Source of the DNA: Eledone cirrhosa
Lineage: Eukaryota
Direction of reading: 5' to 3'
Length of the DNA: 64,000 nt
Assembly (NCBI GenBank): GCA_964016885.1
Contig: OZ024745.1
Location: forward strand, 60,326,001-60,390,000
Below the pieces are notes generated by a model that searched no databases, had not been told where the DNA came from, and saw nothing but the letters and a program-made list of their open reading frames with translations. Shown in pieces: positions 1 to 13,743 of the stretch. The stretch's first letter is position 1. Each line of letters opens with the position of its first letter. A program made the position numbers and the translations under genes.

Positions 1-18
1 GATAAAAGCACTGGATAT

Positions 19-61
19 GTAGTCCTGATGATTTCTAACGAGAATGAAACGCGTAGATTAC
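19..61 (+). ncRNA. Minimal type I hammerhead ribozyme
   Basis: gtagtc-CTGATGA-t ttct aacg agaa t-GAAAC-gc-GTA-gattac; stem I gtagtc/gattac, palindromic stem III ACGCGT. Confidence 0.8.
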
Positions 62-328
62 TTCCCTTGCTTTTATCGAGAATCTAATTGTAATACGTGA
101 CGTATTCTATTCTATAGCGATTAGGTCTTCAAAATGTTTATTATAAACATACAGAATATTTTCGAATATTCTATGTCTATATTCACATATATATCGCTAT
201 TTCAGAGCATTTATTCCAATTTCTAATTTCTGCCGGACCGGCAACCGCTCTTTCAAACCAGTTCCTGTACACAGCTAAGTATTCTATAAGTCTCTAGCTG
301 TGTCATTCTCGATAAAAGCACTGGATAT

Positions 329-371
329 GTAGTCCTGATGATTTCTAACGAGAATGAAACGCGTAGATTAC
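329..371 (+). ncRNA. Minimal type I hammerhead ribozyme (tandem copy)
   Basis: Identical to 19-61. Confidence 0.8.
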
Positions 372-524
372 TTCCCTTGCTTTTATCGAGAATCTAATTG
401 TAATACGTGACGTATTCTATTCTATAGCGATTAGGTCTTCAAAATGTTTATTATAAACATACAGAATATTTTCGAATATTCTATGTCTATATTCACATAT
501 ATATCGCTATTTCAGAGCATTTAT

Positions 525-560
<36 letters not shown>

Positions 561-674
561 CGAAGGAAATGTGGTAAGGAACCAGGTGGACCATAACGCA
601 CCAAAGTACTCAATACTTAGTCCAGAATTAGCCGTCGAAACGGCTTGAGCTCAGCCGTCGGGGTCTTACTTGTT

Positions 675-750
<76 letters not shown>

Positions 751-837
751 GTGGGTGATATTAAATATCCAATTACAAGTATACTACAGAGCCGAAATAT
801 GTTATAAATAACAATCAAAGAGTGTTTAAAACATTTA

Positions 838-887
838 ATCACTTACGATCGTTTCATCCTAGCACAAGGCCGGATACGTCGGAGTAA
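838..887 (-). ncRNA. Degenerate hammerhead ribozyme
   Basis: minus: ttact-CCGACGT-atcc..ggat-GAAAC-gatc-GTA-agtga; two core changes. Confidence 0.5.
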
Positions 888-1711
888 ATGTTAAAACACA
901 AATATAACATCAGAACGTTGTCAGACGAACATTAGGAGGATACATAATATGGGAAGTAAGAATAAGTGTCAACATTTATATAAGAAAAGATAGCAAAGGC
1001 GAAAGAAGCATATGAAAAATATGAGCATATAAATGCAATAAAATTAGGAGCGGCATTAAAAATAAAAAAAAATATAGAAAGGTTAAGTACAATGCAAGGC
1101 ATATATCATAATCAGCAAATAAACATCTAAACTATAATAAAGTAAGGAATGCGGGACTGCGTCCAGAATATATTTTTTTTATCCCGTTTGTAAAATAAGT
1201 TGGATTACTTTGAATAAATAATAAATGAATATTACATAATTTATCTACTAAATTTCTTTATTCTTGATTAAATATAAATAATTTTGTCGCTTATTTTAAG
1301 ATTCACTTCTTTAAAATGTTCAAATGGCAACACTTACGGTTAGCGATCGCTTAAATAAACATTTATATATTTCCGTCACTAATTTTCTCCTAATGCAGTT
1401 TATATATAATATCATTTTATTTTTAATGTATCATGGATTACGTGACTGGTTACAGAAGACAGTGTAACACAGTCTTCGTTCAATTTCTATGTATATTGTC
1501 AATTACGATTTTATTTGATGTATCATATCTACTTACGTATAATATCAATATACACACTACACATGCTAGCAGAAAACCACCCTTCGGGTGGTTTTTCTGG
1601 TAGTATATCATAAGCATTACAAAAGTTTATAAAGTTAATAAGAGCAGCTGCGCAGTTCAAATATAGATTTAAAAATATAAAAATATATCTCCCAAAGATA
1701 TCTTTAATAAT

Positions 1712-1895
1712 TGTTTCTACTTTAGGCACAAGGCCAGCAATTACCCAGTGCATTACTGGTACTTTATTTTATCGACCCCGTAAGGATGAAAGCAAAGTCA
1801 ACCTCGGCGGGATTTGAACTCAGATCGTAAAGGGACGTAACTATGCTGGAAAGCATGGCGTCCGACCCTCTACCGATACTGCCAATTCACCGCCC
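1712..1895 (-). mobile_element. tRNA-derived SINE, full length
   Basis: A/B-box-like TGGCAGTATCGGTAG and GAGTTCAAATCC; 17-bp TSD aagatatctttaataat at 1695 and 1896; many copies in window. Confidence 0.85.
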
Positions 1896-1934
1896 AAGAT
1901 ATCTTTAATAATGGATATAAAACGTTCGACTACG

Positions 1935-2008
<74 letters not shown>

Positions 2009-2012
<4 letters not shown>

Positions 2013-2150
2013 ACCCAGCACTCACTGTAAATGAGGTTGGTGTTAGGAAGGGCATCCAGCTGTAGAAATCAAGCCAGTATCAGTTCCCGTCCCACCCTTG
2101 CAAGCAGGGAAAAGTGGACGTAAAATGATGATCATGATGATGATGATGAT
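2009..2150 (+). mobile_element. 3' end of a SINE/LINE with (ATG)n tail
   Basis: aggaagggcatccagctgtagaaa motif and (atg)n tail; related reverse fragment at ~13290-13345. Confidence 0.55.
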
Positions 2151-3025
2151 ATATATATTCGTTAATGTACAGAATAATATAATATCAAAACATTGATATA
2201 ATTTGAATCTAGTGCTTTCGTCCATAAATTTAGTTGTTATTCAAACGGTAGTCAAACCGGAAGTTTCCTATGTGTATTTTGGCATCTTTTTAACTAGAAC
2301 TCTCATGGTTTCGTTTCGGATCGTGTTTTGAACATTTTTGTTTTCAATTTGCAGTTCCCGCAAATGTTTAAATGCTCACCCAGTGGGGGTGTTCTTTTGT
2401 TCTGATTTTCATGTTGTTTGTGTATTCTGACTCGTTCACACCGTCTGACCCATGGAATTCTCTTAACAACAAAGACAGACTATACACTACACAAGATAAT
2501 ATATTCTTTATTTACAATTAAATTAATATATCATGTAAATACAATTTAATAGAAAAGGGAAATATTAGATTGAGAAGTAAGAATGGGATGTGAAATAAGA
2601 AAATATTTTTAAAATAACGGAAAAGGAAGGGATAGACAAGAGCTCTAGTGTCAGGGAACAATGGAGAGGGGAAGTGGGATTGGCTTCTGGGCCTTAGGGA
2701 GCGGCGGTAATGGGGCTGCGCCCCGCAGACAGGACCGCAAAAACAGAAAGGTTAGCCGCTTTCGAATTTTATCTCTAATATTCCTTTTTGAGTTCTTTGG
2801 CTGGCGTTTGCTGTTAATTTAGGTTTCTTTCACAGGATTGGCATGTTTACCTTAGTGCCGGAAAATATGTTTGGCATTCCTCAAAAACCACAAAAATTCA
2901 CATCAAGAAATATTTCCAAATTTACCCTTTTAACAAGAACTGACTTTATATCTTCATGACTCACTTCGTTATACGAAAGTGGTAGATTTAAATTATATAT
3001 GACGTTATATTATATATACATATAT

Positions 3026-3156
3026 ACGGCCCTTTACGATCTGAGTTCAAATCCTGTCGCGGTTAACTTTGCCTTTCATCCTTACGGGGTCGATAAAATA
3101 AAGTACCAGTAATGCACAGGGATAATTGCTGGCCTTGTGCCAAACGTAGAAACAAT
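3026..3156 (+). mobile_element. SINE, 5'-truncated
   Basis: Matches the 1712-1895 family. Confidence 0.8.
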
Positions 3157-3191
<35 letters not shown>

Positions 3192-3429
3192 ATGTATATG
3201 TATATATGTATATATGTATACACGTATAGATATTTTAAAAAGTGCTTCTGGTGATGTGCCATTACAGGGATCACAACCACCAATAAAGATATATTTGTCA
3301 GTGATGGTGTTACTCGTTTAACGAATAACACCATTATGTATGTATGTGTGTGTGTGTGTATGTATGTGTGTATGTATGTACGCATGTATGTGTGTATGTT
3401 TGTATGTATTTTTGTATGTATGTATGTAA

Positions 3430-3560
3430 GGCAGCGAATTGGCAGAGTCGTCAGAACGTCGGATAGAATGCTTTATGGTATTTGTTCCGGCTCTCTGCTT
3501 TCTCAGTTCAAATCCCGCCGAGGTCAACTTTGCCTTTCATCCTTTCGAGGTCGATAAAAA
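3430..3560 (+). mobile_element. SINE, 3'-truncated
   Basis: Same head and core (ggcagcgaattggcagagtcg..ctttcatcctttcgaggtcgataaaa). Confidence 0.75.
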
Positions 3561-3648
3561 CGTCGATTCTTCTTCTATATCACTTTCTCATTTCCCCTCT
3601 CTCACTTTATATCTTTCTCTAGAAGAAATCTGCTGTATGTATGTATGA

Positions 3649-3684
3649 ACAAAATGTAATACATCCGGATGTATTACATTTTGT
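3649..3684. repeat. Perfect 36-bp palindrome
   Basis: acaaaatgtaatacatcc|ggatgtattacattttgt. Confidence 0.9.
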
Positions 3685-5469
3685 GTTTTGAAAATTATAT
3701 ATTGAACGCATTGAGTGTCTCGAAACAATTAATTTATTTTGTGGACATTTTTTGTACAAAGTGTTGTCTTACAATATTTCAATAAGATATTTGCATATCA
3801 AAGACATCTTACATAGAAGTAGTGTAACTGGTTTTATGTTCATTTGGCTTCATACCAGTATCATAATGATAATTAAATTCGCTTCCCATGCTATGAAATG
3901 AATTCATTAATTCTGCAATGTTTTTAAGCTTGCTTTTAAAATACTTTGAGAGTTATAACAGCCGAAAACAAAATCAACAAATCATTTTAGACCGCAGTTA
4001 GAAATATTGTTAAATCACATGCTTCGTGGTTCGTGGCGTAATTTGGCTTGGACATTAATTTTCAACTATATACCCCACTCCATACTAATATACGCATACC
4101 AAACTAATATATGACTTTCTAATATATACCACTGAAACATTAATAATTTTCACCGCATTAACACACACTACACATATATAGATCACTCTAGTCTATGCCA
4201 CGTTAATATATATACCACCCTAATACCTTCCACTCAATGCATTTGGCTATCTAATAAAGAATATGGCGGAATATTTGCTCCATCATTCTAAAGATATGTT
4301 GAGATAAATTTAAATAGATTTCTCGATGGCTGTTTAATGTGGATAGAACCCCAATAAATGATATTTAATCACATCATAATAAACCATCTTCATCTGTCTC
4401 TCAATTTTATGAATGAATCAAATCTTAAATTTACTGACTCATTGTTTAGGATTAACTAGAATGAAACCAAGCGAAAAATGTTTAGGGGAGAGGTATAATC
4501 GATTGAAAACCAATCCTCTTTAGATGACTAGTGCATTTTAAACAACTCTGGGTAAGTGAAAAGCAAAGACAGTCTTGGAACTATTGAATGTAAGCATATG
4601 TCGGTATATTAAAATTGGTTTGCTTCGTTTGTCTAGAATTGAAGCAAAGTGACGAATGGTGGAATTTCTCTGTAGAACAGGGGTAGTAGAGCTATGTGTA
4701 ACAACATTCCTAAATGCTTGTGTCTTATCAAATATTACTCATGTAATACTGGTGGTCCCTTCTTTGCCTCTTGACTTTAAAATATACATCGAATGCGCTG
4801 TGGTGTTCTCCAGCTGCCGATGACACAATGAGCTGTGAGAGCTGGTTTAGGTGATTTGTGGGAGAGTTCTCTAAGTTCTATACAGTTTCATGGTGTATTG
4901 CTGGAGAAAACATAAGCACGGTACACAACGCCCTTTCCTAAGCCCAACACTCGATATACTTTCATAATTGTGTAGTGGGACACATTTTCTCTCGCGAAGA
5001 AAAATATTTGTTGCAGCATATCCTATAAATCGATTTCTGTCCCCGAACATAAGAAAATGGAAGTAAAAGAATAAAATAACTTATCTAAAGAAATCACAGC
5101 ATTTCCACCAAAAATCAATAAAGCATGTTAAATCTAATCAAGTTAAATCTACACGAAATAAATTGTATATTTGCATGAAATATCTTAAGAGATGAAAGAC
5201 TTGCAAAGGTTTATTTTTAAATATTTCTTCATTATATGCAGAAAACAAAGGTTCTTATCTATATTGCTTTCTCACTTCCTCTCTATAACTCTCTCCCTCT
5301 CTCCCACTCTCCTCCTCTCTTCTCTCTCCCTTTCTCTCTCTCTCCCTTTCTCTCTCTCTCCCTTTCTCTCTCTCCCTCTCTATCTCTCTCTATCTCTATA
5401 TCTCTCCCTCTCCTTCTCTAGGAGAAATTGGAGTAGGGGATGAGCCCCGCCAGATTTTTAAAATACCCA

Positions 5470-6160
5470 ATATACGCTATATGTCACGACAACTTTAATC
5501 AAGGCCAAAAGGTCAACCGAAGGAATGACAGATAGTTATGCAGAGATCCTAAAGATGTTCCAGCAATCATGCACACGAAGTCTCCGGCAAGTGTGATGGT
5601 TCTGGGAGTCGTGAACAGCTAGGAAGATATCATGCTTTCTCCCTTCTTTCCTTGGTGCTAAAGGGTCAATTCTGGTGGCTATAAGGAGGTGATAAAAAGG
5701 GTTATGAGATCTTGGATAGAGAGTGTGATCGAAGGAAAACCAGACACCAACCAACAAGTCGCTGTGTAGTCTCATTAGGCTAAGTCGAGCCCAAGCATGG
5801 ATAAGTTACAATCACCACGAATACGTCACTCCAAACACTGCAGACCTGAATCTGTTGGATTACTACGTATGGGGCATAGATGAAATGGAATTCAATCAAC
5901 GCTCCTATAACACTATAAAATCTCTGAAGTCCGCCCTAACTAGCACAATGTCTAAAATAGATAAAGATCATCTGATTCGGGCATGTCAACGTTTCAGATC
6001 TCGTGTTGAAGCAGCTATCGATGCTAACGGCGGATTTTTTGAGTAGATGTGTCAAGAAGAGTCTCAAGATTATTGATGCCCATTGTTTTTTAAAAAAAAA
6101 AACTCTTTTTTTCATGACTTATGCGTCTTTCATGCAAATGCCCTGAAAGAACTGAGTAAC
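5470..6160 (+). pseudogene. Tc1/mariner (maT/DD37D-like) transposase relic
   Basis: KSPASVMVLGVV, PDLNLLDYYVWG, RACQRFRSRVEAAIDANGGFFE; stops and frameshifts. Confidence 0.8.
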
Positions 6161-6314
6161 CTTGTATATCACACTACTTTACACTTTACATATGCCATAT
6201 GCATGTATGTGTGTATGTGTGGGGGGGGGGGTACATACAGCACACTCCCGTAGACAAGAAATATATAGACCACTCACTTCTTCACTCTGTCTCAAAGATT
6301 AACATATATTCACT

Positions 6315-6416
<102 letters not shown>

Positions 6417-6754
6417 GCACTTCACTACTAGACATGCTCATGTTACTGTTATGTTGACCTCGCTCTCTTACTGAGATTCATATAACCTGCAATAAAGGTC
6501 ATATTATGACAGAAGAAACAGTAGTAAATTAATATATTATATTGGCTTCTTGTTTGGGAGAAGTCTTGTCAAAGTGGTATTAAGTAGAGACATTATAGAA
6601 TGAAATATTGCTTGTAACATAGGGAGAGTTATTTTGGTGGAAACTAAGTCGATTAAATATACCCCAGTATTTTACTGGTATTTTATTTTAACATAGGACA
6701 ATGAACTATATAATCCGTAAATTTGTAAAATTTCACGGAAAAATATCTATAATA

Positions 6755-7152
6755 ATGGTTTCTGATTTAGACACGAGACTAACAATTTTGAAAGGGGGCG
6801 GGGCTATTAAATCGACCCCAGTGCGTTATGATACCTTATTTTATCGACCCCGAAAAGATGTAAGGCACGGCTGACCTCAGTGGGATTTAAACTCAGCTCA
6901 GAACGTAATGGGCCGTAACTAAATGCTACAAAACATTTATCTATTATAATGATTCCTTATTTAGGCACAATGCTAGCAATTCTTAGGGGTGTGGAGTCGA
7001 TTATATCGACCCAGTACTTTACTAATGCTTTATTTTATTGACCCTCAAAGGATGAAAGGCAAAGTACCACGGTAAGATTTGCTCTCAGGATATAAAGAAC
7101 CAGAACAAATACCACAATGGCCTTTTGTCCAACACTCTAGCAATTCTGCCAA
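6755..7152 (-). mobile_element. Two adjacent diverged SINE copies
   Basis: Reverse complement of the SINE core, twice. Confidence 0.7.
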
Positions 7153-7890
7153 TCTTCTTCTTCTTCTTCTTCTTCTTCTTCTTCTTCTTCTTCTTCTTCT
7201 TCTTCTTCTTCTCCTTCTCCTTCTTCTTCTTCTTCTTGAGAGGAGTCCAGGGGGCAGAGTCATCAAACACTCCCTCTAGCGGGTCCTGTCAGAAGCAACC
7301 GTCTCCAACTGATTCGGCTGGATCCCCAAGGAAGACCAATCAAGCTCATGGATGTTATCCAACCATCTTATTCGCAGTTTATATCTGGGTCTCCTGCCAG
7401 TTAGTTTTGCCCGTAAAACCTGTCCAGCTATTTTTTACTGAGACATTCTAACCACATGCCCATAGTATCGGAGCTGTGATATCTCAATTCGGAGAAGTAG
7501 CGACTCTACATGGGGTGACTCTCTGATCTATCGAATAACGTTACTCTAAAGACCCTTCCGAGGAACCCCATTTCGGCCACTTGTATTCATGATCGTATTC
7601 TTTCGGTCATTACCCAATATTCATGACCATTAGTAAGGGTTGGCACGAATACCGAATTGAAGATAGCGGGATTGGCTTTTACATCTATCTTCCTTCTAAT
7701 TACCGAATACTGAAGCTGGCGCGTTACTGCACCACCACCTGCAATTCATGTACTTAATTCAGCCGCCTGCCTTCCATCGTTCGTGAACACGGCTCCGAGA
7801 TACTTGAACTCCTCTACCTGCTTCAGTGGAACTCCATTCACATTTAGATTGCACTACGCAGGTTTCATTAAGATGGTGAATGTCTCAGTT
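7153..7890 (-). mobile_element. RTE-clade LINE 3' fragment with (GAA)n tail
   Basis: Homologous to 55523-56108; (TTC)n on plus strand at 7153-7236. Confidence 0.8.
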
Positions 7891-9401
7891 ACGCTACTTC
7901 TCCATATTGCTTGTTCTTGTCATTTTAAATACCCTCAGTTTACAAAACATCGAGACAGATAATTAGTGAGAGATAAATACAGAAAGAAAGAAAAACAAAA
8001 ATGTTTTTGAATAAACAGATAAAATTTCACATCATTTACACTGATAAAAATACTCGGGTAAACCATGAAAGTCACAACCTCCCATTTATGAAGTATAGAG
8101 CTTTACAGCCGTGTCAAAAGAAACCAATATTTGTGGTGATAGAATATTCTTTTACCATTTTCCAACAAAAAAAAAAGAGAGAAAAAAGAGAGGAAAAAAA
8201 TGTTATTAAAATTGAAAATCCGTTTGTCTTTACACAAATTAAATTTTGAAAGTTTCCTGTCTATAATAAAGAGAATTGCGATGGAGGAAATGGCGCTGAT
8301 GTAGGCGATAAATGCCATAACAATTATACCCCTGTCAATTTTGTATGTGAGCAAAGCATTTTATATGTGGTTTTTGTTGTTTTGTCAGGCTTTTAGTATT
8401 GGTATTATGACTAGTGTTAGTAACTCCTAGAGACGTTCGATAGCGAGCTTTCTCCAACACTTTTATTTATTTTATTTATTTATTATTAGAGTAATAAAAA
8501 AATATCTATAGAAAACAAGTAGAACAGTTTGCTCAATGTGAATTTCCTTCTAACATAAACGGAAGAAATTCTTAAAAGTTAGCAAATGAAAATATGACTA
8601 CGTATTTCTCTTCGTATAGTAACCAAGTAACCAAGTATTTGAATGTATTTGAATGCAATCGTGTTTCTCTATATATATATACAGTGGGGTAGTGTTGTGG
8701 GAAATCATTTATTTTCTGACTATTTCAAATAAATCCAAATTTATAATTATCTAAAATAATGTTTTTTATTTATTTTTTTTGTTTTTTTTTGTTTTTTGCA
8801 CGAAGAAAAATATGAAAAAAAAACTCATTGACTGTTTCAGTTCTTTTTTGCTTCTAGCTCCGATAAACTTTAAAGTATTGGGATTTGGACTACTTAATAA
8901 AAGCGAGCGAGTAAGTTAACTACCATAGTTGTGTCTTTTTATCGCTATTTTGTGACTGAAGGTTAAGTACAATAAGCTATGTTAAATGATTTATCACCAT
9001 TTCGTTATTCAAGGTTAAGTACAGTAAGCTATGATTAAAACAATTTTGATATAATATCGATACATATTTATAAACTACAAGGTACAAAGTTAACCTATAG
9101 ATATTATTTATTGTCAGTTCAGATTCACCTAATACGCTTATTCAGAGCTTAGTAATTAAGATTACGGCATGTTCCGCCGTCCTCCAACTCACCAGCTTCC
9201 TTATTTACGTTTTGTTAAAACTCTGTTTGTCGTTTCATTATTCTCTGAATCAGCATTTTTTTGTGAGAACAATACATCATAAATGAGTCTTATTCACCTG
9301 AAACATGTAAATATCTCGTATGTAACAACAATTTTAAGAATAGAATAGCGAAAAGAAACAATGTTTATTTATTCTTATATTCGTTTTAGGTGAAGTATAC
9401 G

Positions 9402-9614
9402 CAGGGGCGATGGAAGCATTTCTGAATTGCGGGGGCCAAATTTGGACAATTTAGTTGCACTCTAAAATGGTCAGAAAACTTCCGATATGCGATAAACATA
9501 ACATGTACATAAATTGTAGCGCATATCCAAATAGATGTGTGTTTTGTTAGTTTGGGAAGAAAATATAATTATTAGAGGGGTGCATCCCCCCCCCCCCCAG
9601 TTCCAACGCCACTG
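9402..9614. mobile_element. MITE with CAG(G/T)GGCG(A/T)TGGAA TIRs
   Basis: caggggcgatggaa ... ttccaacgccactg. Confidence 0.6.
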
Positions 9615-9785
9615 TATATATATATATATAATGTTAAAAATATTATGCTCTCTCCCCTTTCCTAAGGGGTTAATATATCGAGCCTCTTCGCATTTGGTAA
9701 GAAACTGGTATTATACCCAATTTATTCATCTGCTATATATATATATATATATATAGCAGATGAATAAATTGTTATATATATATAT

Positions 9786-10453
9786 AACAGAACACACTCA
9801 CTGTTTGGTTGGTTTTTCACTTCTGTATCTTTTATATCAGTTAATTTATTCGGTCCTCAATGTTACCATTGACTGACCAACGATCAAAAATACAGATATA
9901 ATATAGACACAAACACATATATATAGTCTAACAAAGTTCTTTCGTTGCACATCTGCAACATCGTCAGTGGTGCTATTATGTTTCCTCCTGTTGTATTGTA
10001 TGTCTACGCCATCTTTATTTAATCTGTTTATTTATTTATTTATTTATTTTTGTCTTGTTCTCTGCGCATGCGTTTGCGTGTGTGTATAGTGTTTGATGTG
10101 TGTTCGCGTTTGGGTGACTGTGTTTTGGTTATTATATTCTATCTTAGTTTACTAGTGTGTGTTTGTATGTGTTTGTTGTTGTTGTGCTTGTGTATATATT
10201 TATTTATTTATTTATATTTCTCTTAGGTCAGTATTGTTTGTTTGGGTGTTGTGGTTATTCCATTCATTTTTTCTGTTTAGCTTTGGCCTTCTAAGTCCTA
10301 TTTCACTGGCCTCTATGAGTTGCCTATCTGCTGGGTCATTTCTATGTTTAGATATTATTTTAATTTCTATGTTGTCTATGTTACCGTCATGTTGTTGTCT
10401 GGCGTGTTCGTATAGTACTGAACCGTTTTTTCTTCCTTTTAGTTCCCCCCAGT
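9786..10453 (-). mobile_element. Penelope-like 3' fragment (GIY-YIG C-terminus + pLTR)
   Basis: Near-identical reverse complement of 24363-25036; (TA)n flanks. Confidence 0.85.
9929..9971 (-). ncRNA. Hammerhead-like motif in pLTR
   Basis: acca-CTGACGA-t gttgca gatg tgcaac-GAAAG-aa-CTT-tgtt; weak stem I. Confidence 0.55.
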
Positions 10454-10454
10454 G

Positions 10455-10557
<103 letters not shown>

Positions 10558-10602
10558 AAGTAAAATAAAAAGTCAAATGTTTAAAATTTAGCTTCGTTTA
10601 TT

Positions 10603-10657
10603 ACTGCTATATATATTTCGGTGACAGCTATCATTGGCTGTGACCTCTTCAGGCAGT
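10603..10657 (-). ncRNA. Minimal type I hammerhead ribozyme
   Basis: actgc-CTGAAGA-ggt..acc-GAAAT-atat-ATA-gcagt; same family as 17426. Confidence 0.8.
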
Positions 10658-10720
10658 CCGAATTAGTGTGGTATACAACCAACATATACTCAAAATCTCT
10701 CTCTCTATATATATATATAG

Positions 10721-10758
<38 letters not shown>

Positions 10759-11212
10759 TACACGGTACTCTCCCATCTCTCTGTATATCTACAACCACCA
10801 AACTCTCCCCTTCTCCTCATCAATTAACACCAAACACTCCACCTCTCTATATCTACTAGACACCCCCCCCCCTCTACCACAACACTCACTATATCAATTA
10901 CCACTAAAATATCCACCTCTCTATTACTGTCACATAATATTATTCAAATAATTCGATGTACAACTCTTTTGAATCATGTCTAAGGAATTAAATATGATTT
11001 AAAAGATAATTTTTCCATGTATATACTTGATTTTATTTGCTCTGTTTATGTCTGCGTTTCTAACATTTTCTAAAACTCTTTCTCTTCAAACCAACATACA
11101 AGAGGCAGCAAGTTTCTAAGAGTGAGCAGCATAAGAAATGAAAATTGCTTCTGGGTTCTTAAGTATGACTTGCATTCCTGTGTAGTTATTGGACATATTG
11201 CTGACATTGCCA

Positions 11213-11377
11213 CAGACCTGCCAACTGTCCCCGTCGGACGGGGAGATCTCCCATCCACTTTAGGGTGGGTGAGAGATGTCTTCTCTTGTGAAAATGGGTA
11301 TAACTTTCATTATGTAAAATCTTTCCATTTTGCCTCATTTCTCCCCTTTTTTTGGTTTTTAGAGGTTGGTAGGTTTG
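11213..11377. mobile_element. MITE with CAGACCTGCCAA TIRs
   Basis: TIRs, 6-bp flanks ttgcca/ttgtca, second copy at 26483-26680. Confidence 0.65.
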
Positions 11378-11880
11378 TTGTCATAAGACTGACTTCTGCA
11401 ATGTTCAACGTTAAAAATCACTACCGTCATTTACTAGAAATTCTAGCAGAGATGTAGTCAGTACTTCAGCATTGTAAGGGTCAGATGGCAGAAAAGTCAA
11501 GCACCTTTCCACTGGTTTGTCGGGAAAAAAAAGACTACAAATGTTTAAAAGCGCACAAGCGTAAGATAAAATATACGGCGGCATTTGTTCCAGCTGAAAT
11601 TGTTGAATGTCGCTATTGTTAAAAAATATGTCTCAATTACATATGGTGAGAAATAACATTGTAAACACAGTTCACTGACCAACTGAAACTCAGCAGTCTA
11701 CAGCGAATGAAACTAGAGAAATGAAATATAGCTATAGCCTCAGACTAAATGGCTTGCAATGTTTAGTTTCTTCAATCTATGTTCAAATCTCCCCAGATGC
11801 GATAATAATTCAATTGATATAATATAGTATGTCAACTAATTTGCTGGCCCCTTGTGCCTAAAGTAGAAACAATTATTATA

Positions 11881-12068
11881 CGGTGGATTGGCAGTATCGG
11901 TAGAGAGTCGGACGCCATGCTTTGACGCATAGAGTTACGGCCCTTGCCATTCTGAGTTCAAATCCCGCCAAGGTTAACTTTGCCTTTCATCCTTACTGGG
12001 TCGATAAAATAAAGTACCAGTAATACACTGGTATTTGCTGGCCTTGTGCCAAATGTAGAAACAATTAT
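11881..12068 (+). mobile_element. tRNA-derived SINE
   Basis: Same family as 1712-1895; preceded by an extra copy of its 3' end (11840-11880). Confidence 0.85.
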
Positions 12069-12483
12069 TATACACCCCGTCTCCTACAAAAATTAACCTT
12101 GTATGCTTTCTAAAAAGAAATCAATACCACACTAAATATTATCACATCAAAATAACAGAGACACCAAATGTTAGACAGATAAACCGACAAAACAAAAAAG
12201 ATTAACAAACAAGATTTCTCAGCCGATAATTCACAAATCAATAAAGCAAAACACAGTTATTGAAAGAGAGAAAGGAAATGGGAGAGAGAGGGGGGTGGGG
12301 AGAGAGAGAGAATAGGTAACCGATTTATCATTTGGCTCTTATACCGTGTAGTAGTCAACTAGAACGCTGGATAGAATGCTTTTGTTTGCCGATAGAATGT
12401 TCTGGAGTTTTGAGTTCAAATCTCGTTGCACTCAAGTTTACCATTAATTCTTTTGAAGTCGATAAAATAAAGCAACTGTCTAG

Positions 12484-12533
<50 letters not shown>

Positions 12534-12933
12534 TGACCTCTTTAATTACAGGTACAACTCGTCATTAGTTTCTATTATATGAGTTAGACTAACTTATTTT
12601 AGTTGGTCTAACTTATAGTCCCCTAAATTGATATTTTGGCATAAGTTTGATATGTTAAATTGAGTGATATTTTATCTGTATATTTTATCCATTCGTTGAG
12701 ATGTCTAAGTATTTTTAATTGATATTAGCTACGATGTCATTGTAGAATTGATTTAGACGGCTTTTTGTTGCTATTTCTAGCGTCATTATAAGCCTGTCGT
12801 ATTGTCCTAATATATATGTAGAGATTTGTTCATTTAATAGCTCAACATCCCAACGTGCTGGACACCATATGGTTTCGACAACAAAATTATCTGTATACTT
12901 TATGATCAATATCTCCTCATGTTCCAAAGAATT

Positions 12934-13033
12934 TATCCCCTGACGAAAGATTAATGTTTATCCAATACTGTTCCAATCATCATTTGAAATAATTAATACT
13001 GTTTCTTTTATTCTTGAAACCATGGTATGGAGA
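12934..13033 (+). ncRNA. Hammerhead with extended stem II
   Basis: CTGACGA-aaga..tctt-GAAAC-catg-GTA-tggaga; stem I imperfect. Confidence 0.6.
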
Positions 13034-13456
13034 CGATTATATGAGTTAGAGTAACTTATTTTAGTCGGTCTATTGATAATTTGGCATCAGTTTAATATAT
13101 TAAATTACTTCTAAGAGTGCGATTTTTATTTGTATATTTTATCCATTTATTGAAATGTCTAAGTATTAAAATTCTGAGTTCAAATCCTGCCGAGGTTAGC
13201 TTTGCCTGTCATTCTTACGGGGTCGATAAAATATTAGTAGGGGCAAAATAATTGCATCGTCAATGAATTTGTAGATAAAGGTGGTTAAGATCATCATCAT
13301 CATCATCATATAACGTATGTCATCCCTGCTAGCAAGGGTTGGATGGCTGAAATCTTGCATGCATTAATTTCAACTCTTCTTATTAATAACTTATTAAGAA
13401 GTGAATTTTCTAGAAGGCCGGCCCGGAAAATTTACTTAAGAATTTTAATTCCACGA

Positions 13457-13533
13457 AAGCACTATACATATTTCGATGGCCCAGCTCAATCATCCGATTA
13501 TGATGCAAGACTAGGCGATTTCATCAGGTTTTA
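13457..13533 (-). ncRNA. Degenerate hammerhead ribozyme
   Basis: CTGATGA-aatcgcctag..ctgggccatc-GAAAT-atgt-ATA-gtgctt; stem I eroded. Confidence 0.55.
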
Positions 13534-13690
13534 TTTGCAGAATTATGTAACAGGATTACGTTAGACCTAAACATAGAATAGAAGATAGGAGATAGAAAAA
13601 AAATAAAAGATACAAAATAGAAAACAGTGGTCGGATTCAATTCGGGGACAGCATGCTAATATAGTGTTATATCGATAGCAGACGGTCCAC

Positions 13691-13743
<53 letters not shown>

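Larger units (their letters stand above)
1..530 (+). repeat. Tandem 310-bp unit carrying a hammerhead ribozyme (PLE pLTR or non-LTR retrozyme-like), runs off window start
   Basis: 1-220 is repeated at 311-530 (period 310), then ends in (TA)n. Confidence 0.9.

Noticed and set aside
1565-1602. Hairpin ccaccc-ttc-gggtgg followed by T-run, like an intrinsic terminator
   Set aside because: Eukaryotic repeat context, no upstream gene; no HHR core could be fitted
1712-1895. tRNA-like A/B boxes (also other SINE heads)
   Set aside because: No full cloverleaf; continue into a SINE body with TSDs
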